In this document: positions 28,571 to 39,000 of the stretch, one piece after another
Layout: every line of letters begins with the position of its first letter
Numbering within the stretch: the stretch's first letter is position 1
Assembly: GCA_051382295.1 (NCBI GenBank)
Contig: JBBCAW010000041.1
Span: 1-64,000 of the forward strand
Reading direction: 5' to 3'
From: Bdellovibrionota bacterium FG-1
GTDB lineage: Bacteria; Bdellovibrionota; UBA1018
DNA: 64,000 nt
The notes under the pieces: model-generated
Databases searched by the model: none
What the model saw: the letters and a program-made list of their open reading frames with translations, nothing else
Told to the model about the DNA's origin: nothing
Made by a program: the position numbers and the translations under genes

Positions 28571-31514
28571 AAGGCGAAATCAAATCCAATAGATCTTGGC
28601 GGGTGAGCGCGGCAGCCCCATTGGCCCCATCCAGTACCGCCGCGGCAAGAGCCTGTTTTTGTTTCTGGAGAGCCAAGATACGATCTTCGACGGTTCCTTT
28701 GGCCACGAGACGGTGGATCAACACAGGATTTTCTTGTCCTATCCGATGAGCGCGATCGGCGGCCTGATCCTCGGTTGCAGGATTCCACCAGGGATCCAAA
28801 ATAAACACATGATCTGCTGCAGTTAAGGTCAGACCCACCCCCCCCGCTTTGAGGGAGATCAGCATCACGGAAGGGCCGGATTCATTTTGAAAGCCCTTCA
28901 CCACGGCCTCGCGGTTCTGGGTGCTTCCATCCAAGCGACAGAAGGAGTGGCCTGCTTTGTTTAGGAGTGGCTCAATGAGGTCTAGAAGGGAGGTCCACTG
29001 CGAAAACACCAAAGCCCGATGTCCAAGCGCGATGGATTCGTCGAGGGTCTCCAACAGGAGTTCTAGCTTAGACGACGCTGCGGTGGCCTGCTCACCCGAG
29101 GCCCCCCCGGGCACGAGGGCGGGGTGACAACACGTTTGGCGGAGCCGCAAAAGCATCTCAAGAGCCGCAAAAACCCCGCCGCCACTTTCTAGCGTTTTGA
29201 GGACTTCCGGGCGACTTGCGGCCAAAATGGAGTTGTAAAGCTCTTGTTCCTGCTGATTGAGTTCGCAATGCAAAACTGTTTCGGTGCGAGGAGGAAGTTC
29301 AGGGGCCACTTCCTTTTTGAGTCTTCTGAGTAGAAAGGGTTTGATCCGAGTTCGAAGGCGTGCGGGATAATCACTGAAGTTTTCTAAGAAGGCATCCCGC
29401 GTTCCCAGTAACCCCGGGTTCACAAATTGAAATTGGCTCCAAAGGTCTTCGAGGCGATTTTCTATGGGCGTGCCCGAAAGTGCGATCCGAAACTCTCCGG
29501 GGAGTGAGTGAACAGCGCGGGCCACTTGGCTGTCAGGATTTTTGATGGTTTGCGCCTCGTCCAAAATGATGGTTTTCCAGGTTTCCGCCGCTAAAAGTTC
29601 CCGATCAAGCCTGAGCACCGCATAGCTAGTGAGAATGATATCCGCTTCGGCGTCGAGGGCGCGTTTGGGGCCATAATAGGTCGAAAGTTTGAGGCCGGGC
29701 CTAAAGCTCTCCGTCTGCGAAGTCCAACTCGAAAGCACGCTCGTGGGCGCCACAATGAGTGTGCGGCCCCGCAGGGCGCAAAGCGCTTGCAAAGTTTTAC
29801 CCAAGCCCATGTCGTCGGCCAGGAGCGCTCCCATGGACTGGTCTCGCAAAAAACAAAGCCAATCGACGCCCTGCTTTTGGTAAGTTCTTAAATCCGCCTT
29901 AAGGTCGGCGGGAAGCGACGCTTGCGGAAGGTGTTCATGGTGGTCGAGCGCTTCTTTCATGGCCTGGAGACGAGCCGGCAGCGGGGTACCCATTTCGAGC
30001 GCAAGATCGCTCAAAGAGGGAAGGAAGTAGGTCGGAGCCACCGTAGTTGGGGTGAGATTCTTGGCTGTCAGGAGTGCCTGAATTCGATCACCATATTGAT
30101 TGAGCCAATCCAGGGGAAGGGGAGCCCAGCCTCCTTCGAGAAGGGGTACAAAGGCCTCTTTTTGCTGCCAAGCTTGAAAAACTCGATAGGGATCCGCAGT
30201 TTTTTGCGCTCCCTGCACTCGGAATTCGAGCGCCCAGGGCTGTGCAAGACTGTCATTCACCGAAAACTTGGCTTCGAGCGCTGCCGTAATTCCATGGCGC
30301 TGGAGCCCGTCCCCTTCGACCTTCCAGTTTTTGGGGGATGCTTGAATTTTTGAAAGGACTTCGAGGGCGCTCAGGCCTGAAAGACGGACGGCCTGACCTG
30401 GATTCAATTGGAGTTCGCTTTGAAGTTTTCGGGTCAGGGCTTTTTCTTCAAAGGGATCAGGCACCCAGATCTCGTTTGCGGCGGGCTTTTGCTCATACTG
30501 AAGCGAGGGGATAATCAAAAGCTCTCCATCTTTAAGCGACTCCAGGCTCAGACTGATGTGAGGATGGGCGGCGCGAGGCTGAGGGAGTTTTTGGGTGATG
30601 ATCTCAACCCGGAGTTTGGCTTCTAAGGAAGGAAGAACTTCGGTGACTAACGTGAGGATTTCAGGGGGTGACCGAAAGAGCCGACCTTGAGAGCTCAGGG
30701 CGGCGCTTTCAGTGGGGTTGAGTGAAGGGAGCTGGAGGGGCTTCAAGGTGTCGCCGCAAAGAGCCGCTCCATTCGAAAAAACCTCACTGATATCAGAGGC
30801 CATCTCTCCCGTGAGTCGAAACCCTCCTCCTGGAAAGTCGTCCAGGCGGGCCCTCATTCCGGTAGGGACTGCCGAAACTTGGATGGGTTGGCCATCTAAA
30901 GTGACTCCGCCGGTTTGAGCTAAAAAGGGAAAAATCGCCCGCAAAATCGCAGGTTCCAAAATGTGCCGGCGTCTTTGAAGGGCGGCATCGATGCTAAAAT
31001 CCTCTCGGGTGGCCGGTAGGGGGGGTGAAACAATTCGGCCACTGGCAATGCCGCCCATGTGGGCGACGAGGGTCTCGCTTAAAAGAATTTCGCGGCCCGC
31101 ATGGAGGATCCATCGGTCAAAAGAGAGGGCATTCCCTATGCGAGTCAAGCGATAGGCGAGGTAGGCTCCCCGCCCCGACGCAGCAGCGGAAGCCTCTTCT
31201 GGGGCGGCTGCCGGGGCCTGTTTGGTGATCCCGGCTTTGAGCGCGACGGCACAAGCCGCGATATGGGCGCAAAGTTCGTTGCGATCTCCGCAATCACAAT
31301 AAGCATCCTGGTCCTCTAACCACAAACTGACTTTGGGGCTGACAGGACGATCCTTAAGAAGAACTCGAAGGGTGAGCTCTTGTTCTGATGCGTGATCGAG
31401 TTGAACCGCGCCCTCGCGTCCAAGCGCGATGCCTTTAGCCCAAATTCCGGGCAAGGTGTCTTTTTGAAGCTGGGCTAAAAAGGCGCTCAGCGCGGGGGAA
31501 AGTGAGACTGACAT
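28569..31514 (-). CDS. SWIM zinc finger-SNF2 helicase/ATPase
   Basis: YCDC…CAH SWIM; LADDMGLGKT, DEAQ, SGTPIEN, WWNPATEDQAADRAHRIGQ. Confidence 0.95.
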   Translation of the reverse strand: MSVSLSPALSAFLAQLQKDTLPGIWAKGIALGREGAVQLDHASEQELTLRVLLKDRPVSPKVSLWLEDQDAYCDCGDRNELCAHIAACAVALKAGITKQAPAAAPEEASAAASGRGAYLAYRLTRIGNALSFDRWILHAGREILLSETLVAHMGGIASGRIVSPPLPATREDFSIDAALQRRRHILEPAILRAIFPFLAQTGGVTLDGQPIQVSAVPTGMRARLDDFPGGGFRLTGEMASDISEVFSNGAALCGDTLKPLQLPSLNPTESAALSSQGRLFRSPPEILTLVTEVLPSLEAKLRVEIITQKLPQPRAAHPHISLSLESLKDGELLIIPSLQYEQKPAANEIWVPDPFEEKALTRKLQSELQLNPGQAVRLSGLSALEVLSKIQASPKNWKVEGDGLQRHGITAALEAKFSVNDSLAQPWALEFRVQGAQKTADPYRVFQAWQQKEAFVPLLEGGWAPLPLDWLNQYGDRIQALLTAKNLTPTTVAPTYFLPSLSDLALEMGTPLPARLQAMKEALDHHEHLPQASLPADLKADLRTYQKQGVDWLCFLRDQSMGALLADDMGLGKTLQALCALRGRTLIVAPTSVLSSWTSQTESFRPGLKLSTYYGPKRALDAEADIILTSYAVLRLDRELLAAETWKTIILDEAQTIKNPDSQVARAVHSLPGEFRIALSGTPIENRLEDLWSQFQFVNPGLLGTRDAFLENFSDYPARLRTRIKPFLLRRLKKEVAPELPPRTETVLHCELNQQEQELYNSILAASRPEVLKTLESGGGVFAALEMLLRLRQTCCHPALVPGGASGEQATAASSKLELLLETLDESIALGHRALVFSQWTSLLDLIEPLLNKAGHSFCRLDGSTQNREAVVKGFQNESGPSVMLISLKAGGVGLTLTAADHVFILDPWWNPATEDQAADRAHRIGQENPVLIHRLVAKGTVEDRILALQKQKQALAAAVLDGANGAAALTRQDLLDLISP

Positions 31515-31654
31515 GGTCGCCAAGCTAGCATTGCAGAGGATGACCCCAAAAGGAAAAAATAAGTTTTAATAGTATTGCGGTACAGTGTAATAATTTATTG
31601 ACTAACCCGGATGCTCATGAGAACCGGATGCGTCGAAAAGCTTTTGGAGGACGC

Positions 31655-32986
31655 ATGATTAAGTTGAAAAACAGTATCATTTCAAATATTTGTACCTTGG
31701 TTGTGGTGTTTCTGCTTGGGGGGTCCCTTCCCGCCCAAAGTGCTTCTCGACTGTATGATTTTTTTGCTTCTGATGTTGGCCTAGTCTTACTTCGCGATAC
31801 AGCGCTAGGGCGTGAGCTCGTCGAGAAAATCTTGGGGCGCCGATTAGTTGACGTGACGAGGGATTTGCCAGCTTTACGAAGCCGGCTTGAACGTCCGGAT
31901 GTTGAGTCTGTCAAGTTCAAGGGGGAAATAGAAACTCGGATCCTCGAATTCGAGTCGGAGTTTCAAGCTCGGCTGAGAGTCAGCCCAGGGTTGGGAGCGG
32001 GTGACCGACAAGCGTTGATCGAGGAGTTGTCCTCGCGATTTTTCGATTTTTCGATTTCTTCCGGACAAGGTGGGTTGGCAGCCGCGCAAGCGGCGTTTGT
32101 GAATGCCGGAACCGGATCTATGGCTTCGTTTGCAGTGGAGCCAGGGTCAATCGAGGCAAGGCTTGCTCCGAGTGACAAGATTGATGAGCGCCTGGTTCAG
32201 CTTGAATATAAGTATTACCGCGAAAAGCATCTTCTTCAGCCCCGTCGAATGGCTGACGAACTTAAAATCCGGACGGGTTCTCAGCGGGTAACGCTTCGAC
32301 AGATGGTCGAACACATTCTTGAATCTCGTGTGGAGATGGCCCGTGAGCTCTTGGATCTTTCAAAGGTTTATCAAGGCAAGGAGCCTTTTCTTTCCTCGAC
32401 GCTTGAAAAGGCATCCCATGAAGTAGGGGTGAGCGAAGGCGCCCGAAATCACTTTGCTGAAAAAGCTTCTGCTTTGGAGGCTATCGAGTATGTGGACGGC
32501 AGCGAGTTTGAGGACCTCAATGGTTACACATCCAAGCTCAGGGGCGAGATGGGGGAACTTCGCGCCGCGGTGAGGCTGGCTGGAGTCAGTGAGCGCGGCC
32601 TTCGCATCGGGCAACTGGGAAGATATTTTGGCCAGGGACCTTTGGGAGACGCTGCTCGGGCAGAATTAGCGGCTCTTGAGGTTGGGCGACCTGAGATTTT
32701 TCAAAAGGAACTCGATTTGATTTTCGAAGGAGGTTTGACTTGGGGCGAAGTCAAGTCTTATGGAAGTCGTTTAAGTCGTCAATCGCAGAATTATTTCAAG
32801 GTGATGGAGCAGGCGCGAAAAACTGTGGGCATCAAAGCTCTGATAGAGCGGTCACCGGCTATGAGAGCGGCCTTGGCACAGCAAGGCCGTTTGATCGAAC
32901 TGCGGATCTATTTTGTAGCGGGCGTGACCGATGGCGTTGCAGCGGAACTTGAGGCCCTCGGTTATCAGGTCTTTGGGATTCGATGA
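31655..32986 (+). CDS. Secreted protein with C-terminal PD-(D/E)xK-like motifs
   Basis: GGAGG RBS, signal peptide; GEMGE…ELDLI…WGEVKS…Q motifs near the C-terminus. Confidence 0.6.
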   Translation: MIKLKNSIISNICTLVVVFLLGGSLPAQSASRLYDFFASDVGLVLLRDTALGRELVEKILGRRLVDVTRDLPALRSRLERPDVESVKFKGEIETRILEFESEFQARLRVSPGLGAGDRQALIEELSSRFFDFSISSGQGGLAAAQAAFVNAGTGSMASFAVEPGSIEARLAPSDKIDERLVQLEYKYYREKHLLQPRRMADELKIRTGSQRVTLRQMVEHILESRVEMARELLDLSKVYQGKEPFLSSTLEKASHEVGVSEGARNHFAEKASALEAIEYVDGSEFEDLNGYTSKLRGEMGELRAAVRLAGVSERGLRIGQLGRYFGQGPLGDAARAELAALEVGRPEIFQKELDLIFEGGLTWGEVKSYGSRLSRQSQNYFKVMEQARKTVGIKALIERSPAMRAALAQQGRLIELRIYFVAGVTDGVAAELEALGYQVFGIR

Positions 32987-33042
32987 GTGAGTCCGCTTTC
33001 CTATGACAATCTCGGAGTTGTGTGAGATGAAGCTAACTGCAT

Positions 33043-33225
33043 ATGACCTTTGCCGAAATCCTTTTACTGCTCGCTGTTGGTGCCGGTCTTTATTTCTTGA
33101 TGACTCCCTTGCAACGCCGGCTGGAGTCACGACTTTACAAATTTTTTCGGTCTAAAACTCGTCCATCCGGCAAGCCCGTGATCGACATCACCGACTACTC
33201 CAAAAGGAAAAACCCCAAATCATGA
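33043..33225 (+). CDS. Small membrane protein
   Basis: N-terminal TM, basic tail, ATGA-coupled to the SPFH gene. Confidence 0.7.
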   Translation: MTFAEILLLLAVGAGLYFLMTPLQRRLESRLYKFFRSKTRPSGKPVIDITDYSKRKNPKS

Positions 33226-34130
33226 ATTATGATTATAATTCTCCTGAATTTATTTCAAAAGTCGTCAGTCGCGCGATTCCTGCGGCGATTGCGCTGGCCC
33301 TTTTGGTCGCGCTTTTTAGCTCCTTTTCAGTAATTTCGCCTGGCTACACGGGTGTCATTTTTAATCTTTGGACCGGATCTCTGAGGACGGTACCGCAAGG
33401 GATGGCTTGGAGGATGCCGTGGATCACCCAAGTTCAGAGTTATCCCACCGCACTCAGGACCTATACGATGGTTCGCAGAAGTGGCGAAGGTTCTTCATCA
33501 GTCGATGACAGCATCGATCTGCCGACGCGCGAAGGCCAGCATATTACGCAGGATATTTCGGTCACCTATAATACGTCCGAAGAACTCGCAGCGCAGGTTT
33601 TCAAAGCGTTTCGGGGGGCTGACATTTCTGATATCGAATCGACCTTTATTCGTCGGACGATTATCACGGTGTCCCAAAATGTCGCAGGGCAAATGTCGCT
33701 TTCTGAAGTGATCTCCGCCAAACGAAATGAACTTCAAGACGCTATTCAAAAGAAACTCGCCACCGAAATCGAAAAAATGGGGTTTAATTTAGACAAGGTC
33801 AATCTGGGCGCGAGCCATTTGCCCCAGTCCCTTGAGGCACAGATGCAGCAGAAAATGGCGGCTCAACAACAAGCTCAGCAAGCCGAATACGAACTTCAGA
33901 AGCAGCAAATGCTCGCTAAAGCAGAGGTCGCCAAGGCGGAAGGGGAGTCACAATCTATTCTTGTGCGCGCTAAGGCACAGGCCGAGGCCAATCGACTGCT
34001 TCAGTCCACGTTGTCTCCGAGTCTCATTCAGAGCAAGGCGATCGATAAATGGAATGGGGTGCTACCGCAGGTATCCGGCGGGTCAACACCATTTATTGAT
34101 CTAAGAGGGATGAAGGCCGGGAAGGAATAG
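33222..34130 (+). CDS. Prohibitin/SPFH (band 7) family protein
   Basis: TM, ISPGYTGV, AE-rich coiled coil, IDKWNGVLP. Confidence 0.92.
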   Translation: MNYDYNSPEFISKVVSRAIPAAIALALLVALFSSFSVISPGYTGVIFNLWTGSLRTVPQGMAWRMPWITQVQSYPTALRTYTMVRRSGEGSSSVDDSIDLPTREGQHITQDISVTYNTSEELAAQVFKAFRGADISDIESTFIRRTIITVSQNVAGQMSLSEVISAKRNELQDAIQKKLATEIEKMGFNLDKVNLGASHLPQSLEAQMQQKMAAQQQAQQAEYELQKQQMLAKAEVAKAEGESQSILVRAKAQAEANRLLQSTLSPSLIQSKAIDKWNGVLPQVSGGSTPFIDLRGMKAGKE

Positions 34131-34152
34131 AACTTTAGGAGGAATCGGCGAA

Positions 34153-34911
34153 ATGCCCTATCAAAATCCGATCGAAACGGTGTTAAAAAATCCGTTTCGT
34201 TTCGTCGGTATTATTAAGATTTCTCTCTTGTGGATGAAGAGCTATTTCAAAGCTCAGGAGCAGGCTGATTCCGTAGGCGCTAAAGTCATAGAGACGCTTG
34301 TGGATGACCGCATTCCTCCGGATGAACGCGCGATCTATCCGTACCTTTTTGCCTGTCTCTACATTCTGTATGGCGTCTGGCATCTGATGGACAAGCTTTC
34401 AAAAGAGGATTATCTCAAGGCGACCGAGGCCTACATGAATATGATTCGCGAGGCGGAACGGGTTTTTCTCAACAACCCCACTCGAATGCGTGACCGCGAA
34501 AGACTCCATCATCCTTTGACTCGCTTCACCCATACGATTGATGGTCCGACCAATTGCTTTCCATCGCTTCATGTGGCGTTCGTGATGCTGTCATTCCAAT
34601 TTCTCAAGGGTGAAAAGGGCATCGACCCCCTCCGCTTGGAGGCCATGAAACACTCCTGTATCGACATTTGTCGGTCCACGATGCAGACCAAGCAGCACAG
34701 CGTGATCGATGTGATTGGGGGCATCGCTTTGAGCCGAAGCGTTTTCCTCAACGCCCACGGTCCATCGATGGCAACACAGTTCGACGATCTCTTGAATGAA
34801 ATCCTCCCCGAACTCACGACCGAGGAAAAAACCGTCGCCCGGGCGGCGATTGAAAACGAGGCGGGCCTCATTCCCCTGATGGAAACACTTTTGGGACGAT
34901 TTTCGGGTTAA
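34153..34911 (+). CDS. PAP2-superfamily (Aur1/Ipt1-like) protein
   Basis: NCFPSLHVA and KQHSVIDVIGG motifs. Confidence 0.7.
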   Translation: MPYQNPIETVLKNPFRFVGIIKISLLWMKSYFKAQEQADSVGAKVIETLVDDRIPPDERAIYPYLFACLYILYGVWHLMDKLSKEDYLKATEAYMNMIREAERVFLNNPTRMRDRERLHHPLTRFTHTIDGPTNCFPSLHVAFVMLSFQFLKGEKGIDPLRLEAMKHSCIDICRSTMQTKQHSVIDVIGGIALSRSVFLNAHGPSMATQFDDLLNEILPELTTEEKTVARAAIENEAGLIPLMETLLGRFSG

Positions 34912-34940
34912 ATCGTCCGGATTTTGCTATATCTCGGAGT

Positions 34941-35966
34941 GTGACTCTTACTGATCAATTTTTTTCACTGACGCCAGACTTCATTCTTAGCGCAGTTGAA
35001 CGTGCAATGGGAGCGGGAGCTCGTGCTACCGGCCGCACCCTCGCGCTCAACAGTATGGAAAACCGGGTTTACGATATTGAAATGGAATGGGACGAAGGGG
35101 TGAGTCCTCCGTCTAGTAACCCGTTGCTTCGCGTGGATCCCTCGCGGGTGATCACGAAATTTTATCGGCCGGGCCGCTGGACGCGGGAAACCATTCTGGA
35201 GGAACATGCCTTCACGCTTGATCTGGAACGGGCGGAGGTCCCAGCGGTACCGCCTCTGATGCTTGCGAATGGCTCAACGCTCGAGCAGTCCGAAGAGGGG
35301 TTTCTGTTCGCCGTCTTTCCAAAGGTACGCGGGCGCATCTTACAAGAACTCGATGATTCGCGTCTGCAACAGGTGGGACGGCTTCTGGCTCGTCTGCACA
35401 ATGTGGGTGCAACGAAACCAGCACCGCATCGCTTGCGGTTGACCCCAGAAACCTATGGGTGGAGGTCGCTTGAATTCCTTGAAGCCAGCGGGCTGATCCA
35501 CGAAAATCTTCGCGTTCGTTATCGGCAGGTGGTTGAAGAAGTTTTGAAAACGATTGAACCAAAATTTTCCGACGTGCCGACCTTCCGTCTTCATGGTGAC
35601 TGCCATCTTGGGAATGTCCTTTGGCAGGAGACGAGCCCGTTCTTTCTGGACTTTGATGACATGGTCACCGGACCCGCGGTTCAGGACATCTGGCTGATTG
35701 TGCGCGGTCGTGATGAAGAGGCGCAGCGCCAACGCGAGGTACTTATTGGTTCATATGAATCCATGCGCGAATTCGATCGCTCCACGCTCGACCTGATTGA
35801 GCCGCTCCGTGCCTTGCGGATTGTCCACTATTCGGCTTGGATCGCGCGACGTTGGGAAGATCCGACCTTCAAAAATGCGTTTCCGGATTTCAACACCTAT
35901 AAGTATTGGTTTGAAGAGCTCAATGACCTCGATGAGCAACTCAGGTTGATGATGGGGCGGGATTAA
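34941..35966 (+). CDS. srkA: Stress-response Ser/Thr kinase SrkA/RdoA (YihE)
   Basis: LNSMENRVY, KFYRPGRW, LHGDCHLGN, LDFDD, GPAVQDIW, AWIARRWEDP. Confidence 0.93.
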   Translation: MTLTDQFFSLTPDFILSAVERAMGAGARATGRTLALNSMENRVYDIEMEWDEGVSPPSSNPLLRVDPSRVITKFYRPGRWTRETILEEHAFTLDLERAEVPAVPPLMLANGSTLEQSEEGFLFAVFPKVRGRILQELDDSRLQQVGRLLARLHNVGATKPAPHRLRLTPETYGWRSLEFLEASGLIHENLRVRYRQVVEEVLKTIEPKFSDVPTFRLHGDCHLGNVLWQETSPFFLDFDDMVTGPAVQDIWLIVRGRDEEAQRQREVLIGSYESMREFDRSTLDLIEPLRALRIVHYSAWIARRWEDPTFKNAFPDFNTYKYWFEELNDLDEQLRLMMGRD

Positions 35967-36011
35967 AGGTTAGACGCCCATTTGTCGATATTCATTTATC
36001 GAGGGTGGTTC

Positions 36012-36926
36012 ATGTCTCAGAAAAAAATAGTGTCGGCCAATGTTAAGGTTGTGGAATTTAAGAAGAAACAGGATATTGATACTGTCAAACCCAAGCCAGG
36101 GAATCAGTTCTTTCTTCAGCCCATGCCCGAAAAGATGGAGAGCGAGCAGTATGAAACTCTCATGCTCGATCTGCAGATCGAACTCCTGAAGATGCAAAAT
36201 TGGGTGAAGCAGACTGGTCAGAAAGTTGTGGTGATCTTTGAGGGGCGGGATGCTGCCGGCAAGGGGGGTACCATCAAGCGATTCAATGAACATTTGAATC
36301 CGCGCAGCGCGATTGTGGTGGCTCTCGAAAAACCTTCGGATCGAGAAAAGGGACAATGGTATTTTCAACGGTATATTTCGCGTTTGCCGGCAGCCGGCGA
36401 AATCGTGTTCTTAGACCGGTCCTGGTATAATCGGGCAGGGGTCGAGCGAGTGATGGGGTTTTGTACGCCCGAAGAACACCTCGAATTTCTACGGCAGGCA
36501 CCCGAGTTGGAGCGCATGCTCGTGAACAGTGGCATTCGACTTTTCAAATTTTGGTTCTCGGTTTCACGGGAGGAGCAGCGCAAGCGGTTTGACGAGCGTC
36601 AGAACGATCCTTTGAAACAATGGAAACTCAGCCCCATCGATTTGGCTTCTTTGAATAAATGGGATGATTACACGCGTGCCAAAGAGGAGATGTTTTTCTA
36701 CACGGATACCGCTGATGCCCCCTGGACCGTCATTCGCGCCGATGATAAAAAGCGCGCGCGGATCAACTGTATTCGATGGGTCTTGAGCCATCTTCAGTAC
36801 GACGAGAAGTCAGAAAAACGTGTTGGCAAAGTGGACACCCGTATTATTGGCAACGCTCATGAAGTTTTTGAAAAGGGTGAAAAGATACTTTCATCTATCC
36901 CTGGTGAGAAGAAGAAAGTGGCTTAA
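36012..36926 (+). CDS. ppk2: Polyphosphate kinase 2
   Basis: FEGRDAAGKGG, QWYFQRY, DRSWYNRAGVE, WKLSPID. Confidence 0.96.
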   Translation: MSQKKIVSANVKVVEFKKKQDIDTVKPKPGNQFFLQPMPEKMESEQYETLMLDLQIELLKMQNWVKQTGQKVVVIFEGRDAAGKGGTIKRFNEHLNPRSAIVVALEKPSDREKGQWYFQRYISRLPAAGEIVFLDRSWYNRAGVERVMGFCTPEEHLEFLRQAPELERMLVNSGIRLFKFWFSVSREEQRKRFDERQNDPLKQWKLSPIDLASLNKWDDYTRAKEEMFFYTDTADAPWTVIRADDKKRARINCIRWVLSHLQYDEKSEKRVGKVDTRIIGNAHEVFEKGEKILSSIPGEKKKVA

Positions 36927-36949
36927 GCCGCGGGCCAGAAGGATGCAAA

Positions 36950-36983
36950 GAAAAAGCCCGGCACGAAAGATCCGTGCCGGGCA
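36950..36983. terminator. Rho-independent terminator between convergent genes
   Basis: AAAAA-GCCCGGCACG-AAAGATC-CGTGCCGGGC. Confidence 0.75.
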
Positions 36984-36994
36984 AGTCAAAGACA

Positions 36995-37363
36995 TTATTT
37001 TTTAGCAAAAGTTTTAAGGTATTCGACGAGTGCCTTGACTTCATCGTCCTTAAGGTCGCCATAAGCATCCATTTCTTTGGACTGCTTGACGGAAGGGCCA
37101 CCGAGCTTGATCGACTTGAACATGCGTTCTTCAGGCGTCATGTCGAGTCCCATTTTGTCGGCAAATACCTTGCCGTCATCAAATCGGGTTGAGACTTTGT
37201 TGAGTTTCTTTGCAGAGCGGCCATCGCCTTTGCCTTCTTTGCCGTGACACTTGGCGCACTTTTCTGCGTAGTAATCGGCGGGTTTAAATTCTGCCTGGGC
37301 GGCATGGCCTAGCCAGCTCCCTAGTACCATCCCCATAAATGCGAGTAACAAACTTCTTTTCAT
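36995..37363 (-). CDS. Monoheme cytochrome c
   Basis: Signal peptide, CAKCH, distal Met region, LVEYLKTF. Confidence 0.9.
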   Translation of the reverse strand: MKRSLLLAFMGMVLGSWLGHAAQAEFKPADYYAEKCAKCHGKEGKGDGRSAKKLNKVSTRFDDGKVFADKMGLDMTPEERMFKSIKLGGPSVKQSKEMDAYGDLKDDEVKALVEYLKTFAKK

Positions 37364-37476
37364 GACCTCAAGTCCTCCTAGATTAGATTGAATAGTGAAA
37401 TACTCCTTTCATCATAAACAAAAATCAGAATATTTGGGGATTTGTCTTAAACTTTTCACTGGGGAAAAATGTCCCG

Positions 37477-39000
37477 TTATTGATTGAGGGTGGGACTTTT
37501 TGTAATCGCGAGATTTTCAGCCACGTACAAGCCAATCGCGTAAGTCGTGATTTGGGGAGGGATGCCCAACGAGGTGGGATAAACTGAGGTGTCTGCGACC
37601 CAGAGATTGTCGAGCTGATGAAAGCGTCCTTGACTGTCCGCACAAGAGTTTTCGGGAGAGTCCCCCATCCAGACTGTGCTCATCGGATGGACCGAAACGA
37701 TGTCGAGGTCGTTATCGTGAATCTCAAAGGGTAAATGATCGAGCTCTTGAACATTGCTGACTTCGACAGGGTTCGCAAAAGGGATGAGCACACTCCTGGC
37801 ACCCGCAGCGAATAGGATTCGGGAGCATCCTTTGAGCCCCCTGACCATCTGCGTACGGTCCTCGCTGTTCATCTTGTAATCGACCCGCACGCCTGTAGCT
37901 CCGCTCGGTGAGACGGTGCCTGAACTCAGGTCATGAACCATTGCAGAGAGTGGCAAGTAATGGGGGAAACGCTGCATCATCCCTGCGTGCTGTGCGCCAA
38001 ATCCCGGTAAAAGCGACGCGGCCCCGGCGGGATGGGCCGAGCCACCCACGATCCAAATGCGTTTATCCTCCTTTGCGTCGAATGAGAGAAATTCAGTGCA
38101 TTCGAAAGATTGGGGAATTCCATGCCAAGCTTCTACTTTTTGATCAAACACCCCTGCCACCACCGCCCCTGGATGAAGATGAAGGCGGCTTCCGATTAAT
38201 CGGTAAGGGTCAGGCACCGATGAACGGATTAAAAGAGCGGGTGTCTCGATTGCGCCGCCCGCGCAGACAAAGATCTTAGCTTCGACAATGAGGCGCGCTT
38301 GCGGAGAATCCTCCCCAGGGGCAAAAACCAGGGCCTCTGCTTGGTGCACGCGACGACCATTCCAGGCAAGTGTCGCAACGCGACAGTTCGCGTAGACTTC
38401 GGCTCCGGCGTGAACAGCTTCTGGAATGAGCACTTTGAGTGCGTTCATCTTGGCATCAAACGCGCAGCCCAGTTCGCAGAAGCCGCTGCCCGCGCAGCCC
38501 TGGCGATTATGATGCAGGGTTCCTCCTTGGTAGCCTAATGCCTCCGTGCCTTTGCGGAAAAGTCGATTAGCGACATTGACGCGCGCCTCCTCGATCGGGG
38601 CAACACTCAGGCGCGACTCGATTTCCTCGATGTACGGGCGAAGCGTTGAGGGGGTTAAGTGTTTAAGGTTCCAGCCGTTGATGAGCGATTCTGGAGGCCG
38701 CTTACAGAGGTTGATATTGTGAAGCGTGGAGCCGCCGACACCGTGGCCGTGCAAAATCCGGATCGCGCGGTCGCGGGTTCTTCTGCCTCCTGCATCGTAG
38801 AAGAGTTTGGGAAACATGTCGTCTTCGCGTTGAGAAAAGTTGCGTGGAGTTTGAAAACTTCCGGCTTCGAGTACGACGACGCGCAATCCTTTGCGGCTTA
38901 AGGCAAAGGCCGCCGCGCTGCCGCCTGCGCCCGAGCCGATAATGCAGACGTCAGCAGTGATGTTAAGATCTTTTGTGAGATGGCGGTAAGTGTGGATCAT
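37477..39000 (-). CDS. GMC-family FAD oxidoreductase
   Basis: IGSGAGG, GVGGST, CxGxGxCxxGC, HPMST, GIPPQITT. True start is ATG 39000, overlapping the upstream gene's stop. Confidence 0.92.
   Translation of the reverse strand: MIHTYRHLTKDLNITADVCIIGSGAGGSAAAFALSRKGLRVVVLEAGSFQTPRNFSQREDDMFPKLFYDAGGRRTRDRAIRILHGHGVGGSTLHNINLCKRPPESLINGWNLKHLTPSTLRPYIEEIESRLSVAPIEEARVNVANRLFRKGTEALGYQGGTLHHNRQGCAGSGFCELGCAFDAKMNALKVLIPEAVHAGAEVYANCRVATLAWNGRRVHQAEALVFAPGEDSPQARLIVEAKIFVCAGGAIETPALLIRSSVPDPYRLIGSRLHLHPGAVVAGVFDQKVEAWHGIPQSFECTEFLSFDAKEDKRIWIVGGSAHPAGAASLLPGFGAQHAGMMQRFPHYLPLSAMVHDLSSGTVSPSGATGVRVDYKMNSEDRTQMVRGLKGCSRILFAAGARSVLIPFANPVEVSNVQELDHLPFEIHDNDLDIVSVHPMSTVWMGDSPENSCADSQGRFHQLDNLWVADTSVYPTSLGIPPQITTYAIGLYVAENLAITKSPTLNQ

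Noticed and set aside
28569..32986. SNF2 helicase plus nuclease-like gene as an anti-phage defence system
   Set aside because: The genes are divergent, the nuclease-like protein has a signal peptide, and no methylase or other defence partner is present; SWIM-SNF2 proteins are common stand-alone genes.
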